Part shown: one piece after another, positions 22,574-34,908 of the stretch
Position numbering within the stretch: the stretch's first letter is position 1
Layout: the number at the start of each line of letters is the position of its first letter
Assembly: GCA_973895155.1 (NCBI GenBank)
Contig: OZ316895.1
Span: forward strand, 9,598,184 to 9,662,183
Source of the DNA: Marsupella aquatica
Taxonomy: Eukaryota; Plantae; Marchantiophyta
Reading direction: 5' to 3'
DNA length: 64,000 nt
Made by a program: the position numbers and the translations under genes
Notes under the pieces: generated by a model
Told to the model about the DNA's origin: nothing
Seen by the model: only the letters and a program-made list of their open reading frames with translations
Databases searched by the model: none

Positions 22574-23351
22574 TCATTAACTCTGACCCCAAACTGACCT
22601 GGGAGTGAGCTTCCTCCGATGGGCCAGCTAAATCTGGTGTTGACTGTTCGAGTGGGGGTTCTTCCAATATGGGAGAACCAGCACGATCATCACTGGCTGT
22701 GATATCAGGCCCATTGGAGGCATTGCTGCTTCCAAGGACTTGTTGTGACAGAACTGCCTTACTCTGGACAGGCAAGTCTGCAGCATCTCTGGGGTTTTTG
22801 GGGATGATGATTACTTTCCCCCCACAATCGTCTAAGGAATTTACTACCTCCCATGACTCGCGCATCCTACTAGATAGAATGACATCTAAGAATTGGAACT
22901 CAAAATCAAAGTGTGCCACCAACTTCTGTCTGGCATCTACAAAGGTTTCTCCTTTCCTATAACTATATGAGGACACCGGTTTTCGTTCTCCGGACTCTGA
23001 GTCTACTTGAAATACAGTGGCAGAGGGTATGGCATGCGTGACAGTAAACAGGAAACAGGTTTACTGGTACCAGTAAAAATTTTCCTGTTACCAGCAAAAA
23101 TTTACTGTTACCAGGAAAAATAACAATGTCAAAATATTTTCTAAAACGTCAAATTTTCCAAAAAAAATTAAATTATAACATTTTTTGGCTAGCTTTGGGC
23201 GCTAGCATTACCAGCGCCGGGCGCCAGCAAAAAAAAAAATTCCAAAAAAAAAATTTCAAAAAAAATTTCAAAAAAATTACCACTCATTTCCTGTTACCAG
23301 TTTCTGTTTGCTGTTTCCTGTCATTTGTAAATACCCCGTGGCAGAAGGCAT
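22574..23351 (-). pseudogene. P-like transposase N-terminus (ATG 23351, MPSATVFQVDS...), split by a MITE
   Basis: Reads ...GSELMTN|ELKRTWSS in frame across the excised retrotransposon. Confidence 0.65.
23025..23336. mobile_element. MITE (~312 bp), probably Mutator-like
   Basis: Imperfect TIRs GGGTAT...TGACAG.AAACAG / ...ATACCC. Flanking duplication GTGGCAGA (9 bp with one mismatch). A-rich core. Confidence 0.75.
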
Positions 23352-23710
23352 GTTGTGAAACACTCTGACCACTCTACATCCACCTCCCACAGGCCTGCAA
23401 ACAAGACAAAAGGAGCATGAACGTCGACTCAAAAACTATGATGATTTTGATTAGAAATCACCAAAGTAAGTTATTTAACATCTGAAGTAGACCAGCAAGC
23501 AGAGTCTCATTGATTACCTTACTTTGGTCACAAAAATTACAAAAAGTTGATCTTTGATCCAAAACTACAAAATCTACAAAATTGTAGGATGCAACAAACA
23601 TCCTTCAGGTCCATACTTGGACAGTTCTACCAAAACTCGTCCTCACTTTCACTATCCCAATGTGCATCTGATTCCCCAACATCCCTTAGCCTGAACTGCT
23701 TCTTAGGCCA

Positions 23711-24370
23711 TCATGGGATATGGGTGACCTTATGAGAATAAGCCCATAACCAATGAAACTCCACTTCATGGGTATCCTCATCGACTACTGCTACTGAATA
23801 CCTGCGTGATGGAATGTCACAGCATGCATTAATGCAACACATACACACCTCCCCATTTGCAATTAAATTGGTCCATAGACCCCAGACAAAAACCATGGGG
23901 AAGAACCTACATACAGGTCGAGGGGGTAGTTGTCGAGTCTGATAGGAATATAATTTTCCGCCAGTGTCAATGAGGAATTCAGTGTCAAGCGGATTTGGGA
24001 GGTCCTCAATGGCACTCTGGATCTCCTCAAATGCTGCCGCTCTATTTTGGGCATAAAAGTGGGGTTCATATAATGGACTCCCATCGACCACATGACAACA
24101 GTGAAGAATGAAACACTTCACAGCACCGGTCTTTAGTAGGAGTAGGATGATATTCCTACTGTACTTCACATATCTATCCCAGAGGATATAAATCATCTGC
24201 TCTACCTCATTGAGGTGGAAGCTATATATATTTAAGTCCCAGGGTGTACAAATCATCTTAGCAATACACAAAATAAGACTGGGATCAAACCTCCTCAGCT
24301 CTTCAAGCAGGTCCCCAGCGCCATAAGAGTCTGGATCGGGCCAGCAACAGTATGCATGCATCTCCAACAT
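23711..24370 (-). CDS. Hypothetical 219-aa Cys/aromatic-rich protein
   Basis: Intact ORF whose ATG follows an acceptor-like TAACAG. No family recognised. Confidence 0.4.
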   Translation of the reverse strand: MLEMHAYCCWPDPDSYGAGDLLEELRRFDPSLILCIAKMICTPWDLNIYSFHLNEVEQMIYILWDRYVKYSRNIILLLLKTGAVKCFILHCCHVVDGSPLYEPHFYAQNRAAAFEEIQSAIEDLPNPLDTEFLIDTGGKLYSYQTRQLPPRPVCRFFPMVFVWGLWTNLIANGEVCMCCINACCDIPSRRYSVAVVDEDTHEVEFHWLWAYSHKVTHIP

Positions 24371-27300
24371 AGCCTGTTAAAGCCAGGGAAATTTGGAGTG
24401 AGTAATTAACTAGGATTTCAACAAACATAGCTTGATTGTGATCTTGGTGGTGAGGGCAGAAATGGGGTTTCTAACATGACTGACCTAAAGCAGCCCACCT
24501 GTCGAGACCACATTCACTGGACCAATCCCACGAGGGCCTTGCCCCATCCCGGCCATTTCTCGTGATGATTGACAAGTTCAAGATCCATTGCAGCTTTCTC
24601 CTTTCGGGTGGGAAGGGTCGAGTAGAAACCGGGGCAATTTAGACCATACCTTATAGGACTAAGCCCACTAAGTCCTTTTTCCATACTTGAAACGACTCGC
24701 ACCCATTGCACCGGTTTTGTTGAAGACTACAAAAGACTATTAGTGTTTTATAGTTCACTAAAAGACTATGAGAAGTAACCTTGCTACTTTGTGAACGGTG
24801 AATAGTCTAGCACATCATGGGTAATGTTCACTTATGTTGAGGAGGGGTAATTCTATAAAGAGGGTGATAGCTGTGGGCATAACTCAATAAATGGCCTTAT
24901 TTGTGACCAAAAAGGTTTTGGAGTGAGGTTCATGGAGGGTGGACTACGGAGGGATCGATTACTAACTCCATCTATTAAAGGCCGAGATGCACAAAGGTAG
25001 ATTTGTACCGGTCTCAAGGGGGTGTGGGTTTAGGGTTAGGGGGTTGTCCAGCCGAAGAACACTCGATTGAAATAGTGACGCAATGATTTAGGGTAAAGGA
25101 ACATGTTTAAGGACCCTAACTTGTTTGCTGCCTTGGGAGGATCTTGAGAGCCTGAGCTTGCAAGCGGCACTCTAAAAATGGCCCCTGGCATTGCAAAGAT
25201 AGTCTAGCCACAGTCGAGTTGTCAAGACGTTTAGGGGGTTTATATGTCAAGGCTAGGGGGTGGCTGGGTTTTCACTAAAGGGGGTTTAGGGGGGGTTTGA
25301 TGTCAAGGGTTGGGGGTTGCATGTTAAGGGGATGGGGGTTTAGGGACCATTGGATCGTCGACATCCATCCCCCCCGGTCCATTCTTCATCCATTTAACCC
25401 TCTTTTGCCAATGACTCCAAATGTCCAATGGGTTTTCAGAGGGTTTATGCTTGAGGAGGGTGAGTTTAAGGGTAGGTGTTGTTTTTTGCCATCTGGGTGA
25501 CTTAGGATATTTATCTAACCCAATGACTATACCCAAAATACCCAACTAAAATCCCCCCCCCCAACAAAAAAAATGCATGCACCCTTGGTCTTAGTTACCG
25601 TTTAATCCTAACTGTGAACTTACGTCTAAATGTGTTAGGTGCTTGCAGAATGCCTATGAACGAGTCCTTCCAGTCGACTCAATGTTTAGGGTAAACGGAT
25701 TTTGTAAAGGAAAATTGCACAAAGTGTCGACGGCTACCACCAGGGTTTTCCTTCACATTTCTGCAAGGGAATCCAAGGCCAAACACTTTGCGCCCGATAA
25801 TGCACTTTTCCTCAGTTGCTCTCGACTCTTGCACCTGATCGCACTCAGTCAATACATTTAGCGCTTTTGGAGGTGGGATTTCATGTCATTGCGTAGGGCT
25901 TGGAGCTTCGACCTTTGCTATATGACCCATTGTCGACTGCAATCTCACTATAGGGTTTAGGTGGGCCCTAAATCTTACATTCGTCTTTCCTGTGGTGACA
26001 ACGCGGGTGCTAAGGTGTATAGGAACAAGGTTGTTGGGAGGTTTATCGCGGATGACTGGCGATTGGTGAGCCCTATTTGCATTCATCTCCACTATCATTG
26101 GGTACCCGAGATACAACGGTCGACCTTCTATACAGAGGCGAGGAAGTGACGAGAACCTACAACTCTTTGCGGGAATGCATGGTCTTCTGCTTACCTGATT
26201 GCCCTCATGCTTGACTGTAAATACATTAGTAAAGTTTTGCTTTGGCTCAACTTTGGTCTTTTTTGGCCTTGCGCGACTGCGCTCACTTCTCTCGGTTTCC
26301 AGTGTGCAGTTGGCTAAAGACCTGGATGTCATGCTGTGAGCGCAAGCTGCTAGTAGTTGTCCATAGCTTGGGGAAAGCGGTGGAGATTGAGGCCACAAAG
26401 GAGTTTGACCTGCGCTTTTTTTTCTTTGCAGCAAGAGCGAGAGTGAGACAAGTTGCAAATTGAGTTTCATTGAGCTGCTGCCCTGGGCTTGGCGGAGGTC
26501 CTACACTCTTGTGTCGCTCACTTGTTCAGCTGCGGTGGGAGCGGGCTTTTGGTAGTGACCTGTTCAGTTGCAGTGGGAGCTGACAACTTTGGTGGCTGTG
26601 GTGTTGAGCTTCTGAGGAGGGCAAGCAACTGCGTGATGTGCCCTTGAGTGAATGTCTCTTGGAGGAGCTGCGAAGTGGTGAAAGGGGAAGGAGGTGAGCT
26701 CGGGCCTGGAAGCAATGTGCTTCTCCAACATTTTTGCACAATGCAATGCTGCTCAATCGTTTATCCTTCCTCTAAAGCTGAGTGTGACGCATCGACCTTT
26801 GACGGGAGTATCTACATTACAGTTTGCTACATACGGCTGCTCTCTGTGTGGAAATCGCCAATAGCTAGCGCAATGGAGGGTTCGACGTCAACTTTGAGTC
26901 ATTGATCAGTGCACACTACATCGCTCTCCCTTTGCTAAACCCTTTCTTTTGGCTTGGTTCTTGGTGCCTTTGGCATAGGAGCGACATTATTGCTAATCAA
27001 CTCCCGAATCAACTTTGGAGGTGCGGGTTAGAAGGGGTTGGAGAGAGGAGGTCCAAACCGAGAATGCCCTTCACCGTCAACGGGCGGTAGCCATTGTTCC
27101 ATCTTTGAGCCCCAACATGCTCAACAACTTTTGTGTGAGGCTATTCTAAGGTGAGAGTCTTACACTTCCACACATTTCAATTCTAGAGTGTGAATTTGTA
27201 TATGTAATCTATAGTGGCTGGAATAAAAAATTCCAAAAGCCAATTCTTTCCAGAGCTGGTGATTTAGGATGTTTAAGTTAAGCAAGCCACCTAAGCCCCC

Positions 27301-28118
27301 TTTCTGCGGACAGTGAAGCTGCTGATTGAAGCGGATCTCTTGGCTGAACAGGGGACCTTGCGCCAAGGAGGGGGGAGTCACTTCAGAGAGATGGATGGAC
27401 TCTGCAACTGAGCCCGTCTACTTTTCTTCCAAAAAACTAGACTTTGCCGGAGTTGCAAACATCAATCAATCGACTACAAAGGCATTGCAGCGCATCCAAG
27501 TCATTGGTGAGTTTCTCTAACATAGATCACAACTTTGATAGGTTGCCTCTTGTTGCCCTTTTCCTTCTCTTACTCGGTGTCTGGGAGCGCTCGTTTGAGT
27601 CGTCAATTCGTTCGGCAACTACAGCAGGTTGAAGCATTTTGTTACAGCTCCAAAGAGCAACCTTCTTAGCTGTATTTATTAATTAACACTGTCTCGTTCA
27701 GGTGGTTTGCAACTAGGTCGCAGCATGTCCTCAAGCTCCCGCGTATAACTCTTAGGTCTACTAAAACTGTGTCTCGTTTTCGTTCGCTACTACGGTTGGG
27801 ATAAGCATTTGTCAATGCCCAGCACAGAAATCTTAGCTTTCTAAACACTCTGTCTGTGCACGGGTTTTTCCAGCATTCAGTGATCTTCGAATTTGACTTA
27901 CTGAAATTTCTGAAATGATTGCTTCTGCAGGTCAGTTGAACTTGTCTGTGCCGATCGCGACTCCCGGTTATTAGTGTCGAACAAGCAGCTAAAAATAATT
28001 AAGAACCTCTCCGGTTTCGTTATCACCCTGTTCCGTGCGATTTCTTGCTACGGACAAGGGCCCTGCGGACGGGCGGACAGCAATTTGTTAAAGAGGGGCC
28101 TCACTTCGCTCGGCAATC

Positions 28119-28385
28119 ATGGCGACCACCAAAGTGCAGCGGATTATGACCCAACCGATCAATTTGATTTTTCGGTTTCTGCAAAGTAAGTCAAGGATTC
28201 AGATTTGGTTGTTCGAGCAGAAGGACCTCAGAATAGAGGGACGCATCATCGGTTTTGATGAATACATGAATTTGGTCCTCGAGGATGCCGAGGAAATCTC
28301 ATTAAAGAAGAAGACGCGGAAACCTCTTGGTCGAATTCTCCTCAAAGGTGATAATATCACACTGATGATGAACACGGGCAAGTGA
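28119..28385 (+). CDS. SmE: Small nuclear ribonucleoprotein E, intact 88 aa, intronless
   Basis: [22 protein letters not shown]...[16 protein letters not shown]...[15 protein letters not shown], the canonical plant SmE sequence. Confidence 0.93.
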   Translation: MATTKVQRIMTQPINLIFRFLQSKSRIQIWLFEQKDLRIEGRIIGFDEYMNLVLEDAEEISLKKKTRKPLGRILLKGDNITLMMNTGK

Positions 28386-29107
28386 CCACCGTGTCTTTCC
28401 TTAGGATATTTCACTAGTACATTTTTGCTCATTTTCCGATGCTCCCGCTGAAACATGAAACAGGCGTCCGATAGCCAGAGTTACGTAAACTTTCGTTCAC
28501 AAAAATATCGGAACTTGCGATCCCCACAGCTTCGGAAACACAGTATCCGATTTCCAAAACATCGGACATAATTTGCGATACTCCTAATATCGGAACATAT
28601 CCGATGTCTTGACTATCGGACCCCTCTTCTAAAAATTGTTACTAAATTTCCGATCCGTGAAGTATCGCATTTGATGTCCGATTGAGTAAATTACGGAAAT
28701 ATTGCGATCGAAAATGTATTGCTTAGTGCTTCCGATAGGTTGGGTATCGGAAATGTTTTCCGAAGTAGTGTGTATCACAAATAAGTCCGATGCTACAAGA
28801 ATCAGAAATGGAGTCCGAAAGGGTTTATATCGGATATATGTGGTTCGAGGTCAAGATTTGAACAAGGAGGTGTTCCGATGGGCTTCCGTTGTTTTAAGCA
28901 TGGGAAATGGTATCGGGAATAAATGGACGTGACTCAAATGCATATATTACTTAGGGATTGTAATTTGGATTGTGTCAAGGGACTATATACAGTTGTATCC
29001 AAAATTATATCCAACCAATGAATCTTTGGGCATGTGTGAAATGACATGACAAAATGTATATGATATCCATGAAGATAAAACATATAGGGGTTTTACCTAG
29101 GTCGCAT

Positions 29108-32100
29108 CTATTGTAATGAGGGGTCCAAATCCTCTACTACAACTACACTTGGCTTGTCTTGAACAATGGATCGTGAGCGAGGGATGTAAGGCATAACAAT
29201 GGACCACTCTGGGTCATTCGGATAAGGAAGATAGAAAGAATGCTCCAAATGATGGGGAAATGCAAATGGATCTGAGGTCCTCCAATTGGAACTAATGACA
29301 CTAGTTGCACTGGTCTTCAATCGTGTGAACCCACATGCATCTTCTTCACAGGTCCGATTATGGCCAACAAGATTCATCCGAAATCATTTGCACTTGAACA
29401 CCACCTCCTCCAAGGTTGTATGGGCATGATAATTTACGATAAGAATCTCCTCTATCTTCCCATAGTGGGCCATAATTGAACGTATTGGATTCCGGTCAGA
29501 AGTGCTACTTTGTGACTCTTGGGTGAACCACCCCATCACCCCACAATCTTGTGTTGCTGCTCTCTTCATATCAAGATGTTGGATTCGAAAATGCCTCCCC
29601 TTTGACCACATGGCTGTTTGAGTCGTGACCATGAGTAATGAACCATGAACAAGGGTGCGAATGTCATTGGTGACCTTCGGAAAGTGCAAAACACTCTCAC
29701 CCTGACCCAACAAGGCATCAATCTCTGTCAACTTCTCCTTCATATATGGGAGAAACTTGGGGAAGAGGCGTGGCCGACGACTATTACTCTTCTCCTCCTC
29801 ATAAAATGCAGTCCACTCCCCTGCAATCTCTGGTGAGTTATACAACATGAATGTGGTGAGTTGCAGACGTTCAGCAGAGCCTAGTAGTCGTTCTCCCTTT
29901 GCTCCAGTGAGTCTATCCTCTTCATAATCTGCCTCTCGTGCTGACTCATCTATCCAACCCCTTGGAGCATTTGGATCAAGTGTAGCCACAATGTTCGTAC
30001 AATAGAACATACTCTCTGCTCCAAGGTGACATTCGGCAATGCTACCTTCCACCCTAGCACGGTTTGATACATATGATTTCATGACTCCCATGAATCGCTC
30101 TACCCAATACATCCAACGACAATGTACTGGGCCTGCAATGGCTACTTCACGCACTAGATGTACAAGAAAATGAACTTGACCATCAAAGAAGGAAGGAGGG
30201 AGTGCTCGCTCCAACTTGCACACAACCTCCACTCCAAATACCTCCATGGCAGCAATCTCTCCCTCGTTGACCTCCTTTTGACAAACCCATCTCAACAATC
30301 TACCCAATGACCAAAGTGCATCCCGAAGATCCTCGCTGCCCAATCCAATAATAGCAACTGGAATAACGTGCTGCAATAGACGATGATAATCGTGGGTCTT
30401 CAAGAAAGCTGGCCATTTTGGAGAGTCATCTCCACCAAATGCCTTGCGAAGATTGGCACCATACCCTATAGGAAACCGCATTGACCCTATCCGCTTGCGA
30501 AACTCTATTCGCTCACTCCTTGTGAAAACCCATGGGGGATGGATAGTAAGGGGAGGGTCAGGGTCCATAGATGGCCAAAAACCATGAAGGCCATGCATCC
30601 CCATCTCCTCACAACTCTCCCTCCAATTGTTGTTTTTCTCTCCATATAGATGGCGGATCAATGACCTCCCAACATTCCCCTCAATATGCATAGGGTCCAA
30701 TAGATGATTTATCGGCATGTGTTCCCAATATGGAAGTTGTGCCAATGCAGACAAACGGGTCATGCCACATCTAGCCAAGGGTAATGGGTCATCTGGATCA
30801 GTCACCCTCTCCCATACCTCCTTCCAATATATTGGGTCCTTCGGTAAAGGTTGAGGTCTTGTGTCTGGCTGGCCCTCATCCGTGTCATACAAAAATGGAT
30901 CATACCTCCAGTCATGCCCCTCAGGAAGATACTTTGTGTGACCAATGTAAACTATCTTCCGCAGGGTGGTAGACTTTGGGCGTGCCACTCCCTCCAAGTC
31001 TGGTCCACAAGTTGGGCAAGCACGATATCCAGAAGTTTGCAAGCCAGAAATATATCCAAACCCTTCACAAACAATGGTCACAAATTAAAACCCATTAAGT
31101 TTTGAAACCAAACCAAAGGGAAAAAAAATAAACAGAACGATATATATATATATATGGGTAGCTGCACAAGCCATACTTAATTTATAAAGAGTTGGGTACC
31201 TGGAAGATCATGCATGGTCCACATAAGAATGGCTTTGAGCTGAAACTCACGGGGTAAGCCCCCTGTATGCACTCGACCATCATAGCAATCCACTCCCCCC
31301 CAAAGTTTCTGTAGCTCCTCAATCAACGGTATACATCAATCTTCTTCACTTGCTTAGGGCCAGGAATAATCATAGATAGGAGCAAATGACCCTTCTTCAT
31401 GGCCATCCATGGTGGGATGTTGTAGTTAGTGAGGACTACTGGCCATACAGAGTATGGTTTGGCCTTGCCGGCCAGTGCAAATGGGCTAATGCCGTCTGAT
31501 GCCAAACCAAGGCGAACATGACGAGGGTCAGTCTTGAACTCACCCCAACGCTCTTCCACAAATCTGTTTGCAGGAGAGTCAACCATCATGCGCATGGTTG
31601 GATCCTGAGTAGTGTCTGAACGGTGTTGGGAATGCCATACCATATACTTAGCCAACTCTGCACATCGAAACTGGTGACGCAAACGAGGAATAAGGGGAAA
31701 GTACCTCATAACCTTTTGAGGTACTCTTCCTGTCAACATATCCTCACGATATCTTGGCGCGTTGCACACAGGACATGTAAGAGCATTTGAGTGCTCCTTC
31801 CTGAACAAAACACAATCATTCACACAAGCATGTATGACCTCATACTTGAGGCCTATGGACTTCAACACTTTCTTTGCCTCTTTCCATGATGCTGGCAAGT
31901 TATTCCCCTCTGGTAACATACGATCATGCAATGTCCTGAAAATATCATCAAGAAGCAAGTTGCTTGCTCCATGTCTTTGCTGCAAGTTCAGTAATAACAT
32001 GATTGCTGAAAGACGAGATAATCTAGACCCCTCAGAAAGACGAGTCCGTGCATGCTCTTGAGCCTCCTCCCACTGGTGCAAGTGTCGATTCCGTGAAGGA

Positions 32101-33854
32101 GTATGCCTATGAGGAGGAGGTAAGTCAATGTCCTCCCAGTCACCTGGGTCATGATCACCCCGGGGATCACCCTCATCTGCATCCATGAATTGGTGCATCA
32201 ACTCATCCATAGCCCGGTCCTCATCCTCTCTTTCTTGGGTAGCATTAGGTAGTTCATGTGGAATGTCCATATCCTCAAAAGGTTGACCCCCTTGCCTACC
32301 ATCCATGGCCTGAAGGAGATGTTGTCGCACAGCTCGTGATAATACCTCAATATCTGGCTGAACAAATGCATTCTATCATACACAAAAGAAAACAATGAGA
32401 ATGATATAAGTCCAGGTCTCTCAACCAACAATTGAGACATCCATATATGAATGAGTCAAAAGACTCCATAGCTCTTGAAACCAATTAGAGAATGACTCAA
32501 GTAATATTTTTATAAAAGTGAACATATACACATGTTTGTATGTGCTATGAAGGACGACACCGTATGGCCATCTTAGGCGCGTTCCAATCATAGTCACAAA
32601 AGAGTTCCTCACCAGCCCTAATAGTCCTAATGGCTACAGTCATAACATGGTCATCCATATGCTTCACATAGTAAGGTGGTGGCGTGCCCCAAAAATCTGA
32701 ACCCACTCTACATTTGGTTGAAGTCCTCGTCCTCTCCCTTTGGTACTATTGATATACCCAGCGATGTTATCACATCGCACAGGATCACCATCAATCATCC
32801 TACAATGCCAAGGCCTCTTGAGGACCTCATCCGGATCGGAATCCATTTGCAATGCATACACTCCCCATGATGGTTGTTGCCGTAAAATAATGTTCCAATT
32901 CTTGGCAGTGTATATAGGGCCAATATAAGGAAATAAGTGTTCCCCATCATAACCTCTTCGCCATGGCTTTGGATGGACCACAATGTCCTCCAAAGCAAAT
33001 AACCCAAATCCTACATCAACACCAAGGGAAGATGACTGCACTATCCAATGACGGCCCCATATCTCTATAGGGGCATTAGTGGGTATGCCTTGAGGGATTT
33101 TGAATATCTCAGACGAGAAGTCCTTCACAAGAGGCAACGCCTTTCCAGTGAGATATGACAATCCCAACCTACCCTCCACTACCACATAACCCTCACTTGG
33201 CTTCATCATAGGCGGACCTACCAAGTTTGGGTCTTGAGACTCACGAGTGCCCAATGGTTCATAATGTCTCCTATGCCTATGGGAGCGTGGGCCGGTGCGT
33301 AAAACCCTAGATGGAGGTACCTCCAGGTCACCTTGCTCAATGTCCTCCACCCTTGCTACAGGTACACTCCCGCCCTCACCATTGGGGCACGGGGCAGGAG
33401 GAGGGGGTGTAGATGTTGATGCAAGCATCCGTCTTGCACTAGCCAAGAATGTGTCTAGCCATAGCTCTTTAGAGATCAATGGAGGAGGGGGCCTACGGGG
33501 CACCTATTCATTCAAAAAAAATCCAAAATTAATAAATATATGATGATAGTGGCCATGATTGTAAGTGGCAAATTATGTTTCCTTCATTGAAATGTGTGGG
33601 ATGAGAGTATGGGGTGCATACCTGGTGAGCTGAATGTCCTGGTAAATCAGGTTGGTGTTGCCCATAATTCTCAATATGCTCAATACACTCCCAAGCTTGA
33701 CGAACCACCATTCCCTTACATCGCACACACCAACATGGAATGGGGCCTAGAGGAGGAGGAGGATGATGCGGCCTCCGAGGGGGGGAGGAATGTCCCCCTC
33801 AGAAGATGACGAGTCCGAGTCAGAATCTGACTCGGAACTCCCAGAATTTGACAT
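29108..33854 (-). pseudogene. CACTA A transposase (Tnp2/TnpD-type), multi-exon, disrupted
   Basis: Motifs IHACVNDCVLF, RYFPLIPRL, RLGLASDG, YNIPPW, DPMHIEGN, LKTHDYH, PPSFFD..VH..VHL, RWMYWVER. Exon 1 (33854-33622) carries CWCVRC...H. Small deletion at ~31328 and TGA at 29384. Confidence 0.9.
32545..33503 (-). pseudogene. SET-domain ORF inside the transposase intron (1-nt frameshift at ~32690)
   Basis: GFGLFALEDI, YIGPIY, IDG...NIAGYINS...PNV, then in the -1 frame VMTVAIRTIRAGEELFCDY. Confidence 0.85.
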
Positions 33855-34908
33855 CTGCCCATCAATGTGAAAATTAATCACATGTCAAAAATCTTTCCCA
33901 CTCATATTAAGTACCCTAAATACAATATGTCAAGATTGGAACCTAGTTTACACTAAGCGAATAATTAAAAATAATGACTGTGCATCTTACCTATAAGATA
34001 TCCACACTGAACAATGCCTACTAGGATCTTGGCCTTAGAATATATGCTAAGACAATATCCGAAATGTCTGCACAATTAAAGGAATACCATCAGAATTTAT
34101 CTATACATATGTCCCCATAGAATCATATCCACTATATATTGTGGCCATCAATGAAAAAACTTTAGCCAAATATATACTTAAAGTGCTCACCTCCAAATGA
34201 TAAAGGGAGTATATCATACCTTTTGGATGCACGGCCTATCGCGATGCATAATGCATTGCAAAAATGGACCTACAAAAATACAAACAAAGAGAACGACCCA
34301 ACCCTCCGCAAAAAAATACTGCACAATACACGCACATGAGGTTAACTTTGTTTGGCCCCCAAAATTAAATCCACATACAAGGTGGACAAATTTGTCAAAA
34401 CTTTTAATGTGAGTGGGTCAATGATCATACCGTTCAACCCCAAAAGTATGTTGTTGTAAGGGGGACGTTATCGCACCTATAACCGGCTTTTATTCAAGAA
34501 CCCCACCGCCCAAACAAAATCCGGCTACTCAACCAGGCCTACAATTACAATGCAAGTTTTCACATCAACTAAACTTACATTTCCTTACCACATCCCCAGC
34601 CCCCCCCCCATTGACTAACTTATTATAAATCCATCCTTAAAGGCATAAAAAATAATGGACAAGCTAAGTCCGATCATATTGGAAGAGGGGTCCGATACTT
34701 TAAGCATCGCTATTTCCGATCCCGTTTTCGATAGTTCAAGTATCGGATGTTTCGATTCTTAAAAAGTCGGATGGAGGGCACAATAGGGTTTGGCACTTTT
34801 CCCGACTAAAGTACGAATGTCTTTGTATCGGGCTTGGTTTCGGATGCAACTTGGGAGGAGCTGCTGAGTGAACACAAAGTGGAGGAGCACGCATTGGAGG
34901 TCGAGGCT

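Noticed and set aside
25020-25330. Interstitial telomere
   Set aside because: Only isolated TTTAGGG-like words in G/T-rich TE sequence; no tandem array.
28430-28920. CRISPR-like or satellite array
   Set aside because: Short motifs in both orientations with irregular spacing next to a CACTA TIR; these are subterminal repeats.
32687-32695. Programmed frameshift in the SET ORF
   Set aside because: No X_XXY_YYZ heptamer in frame; a simple 1-nt loss is more likely.
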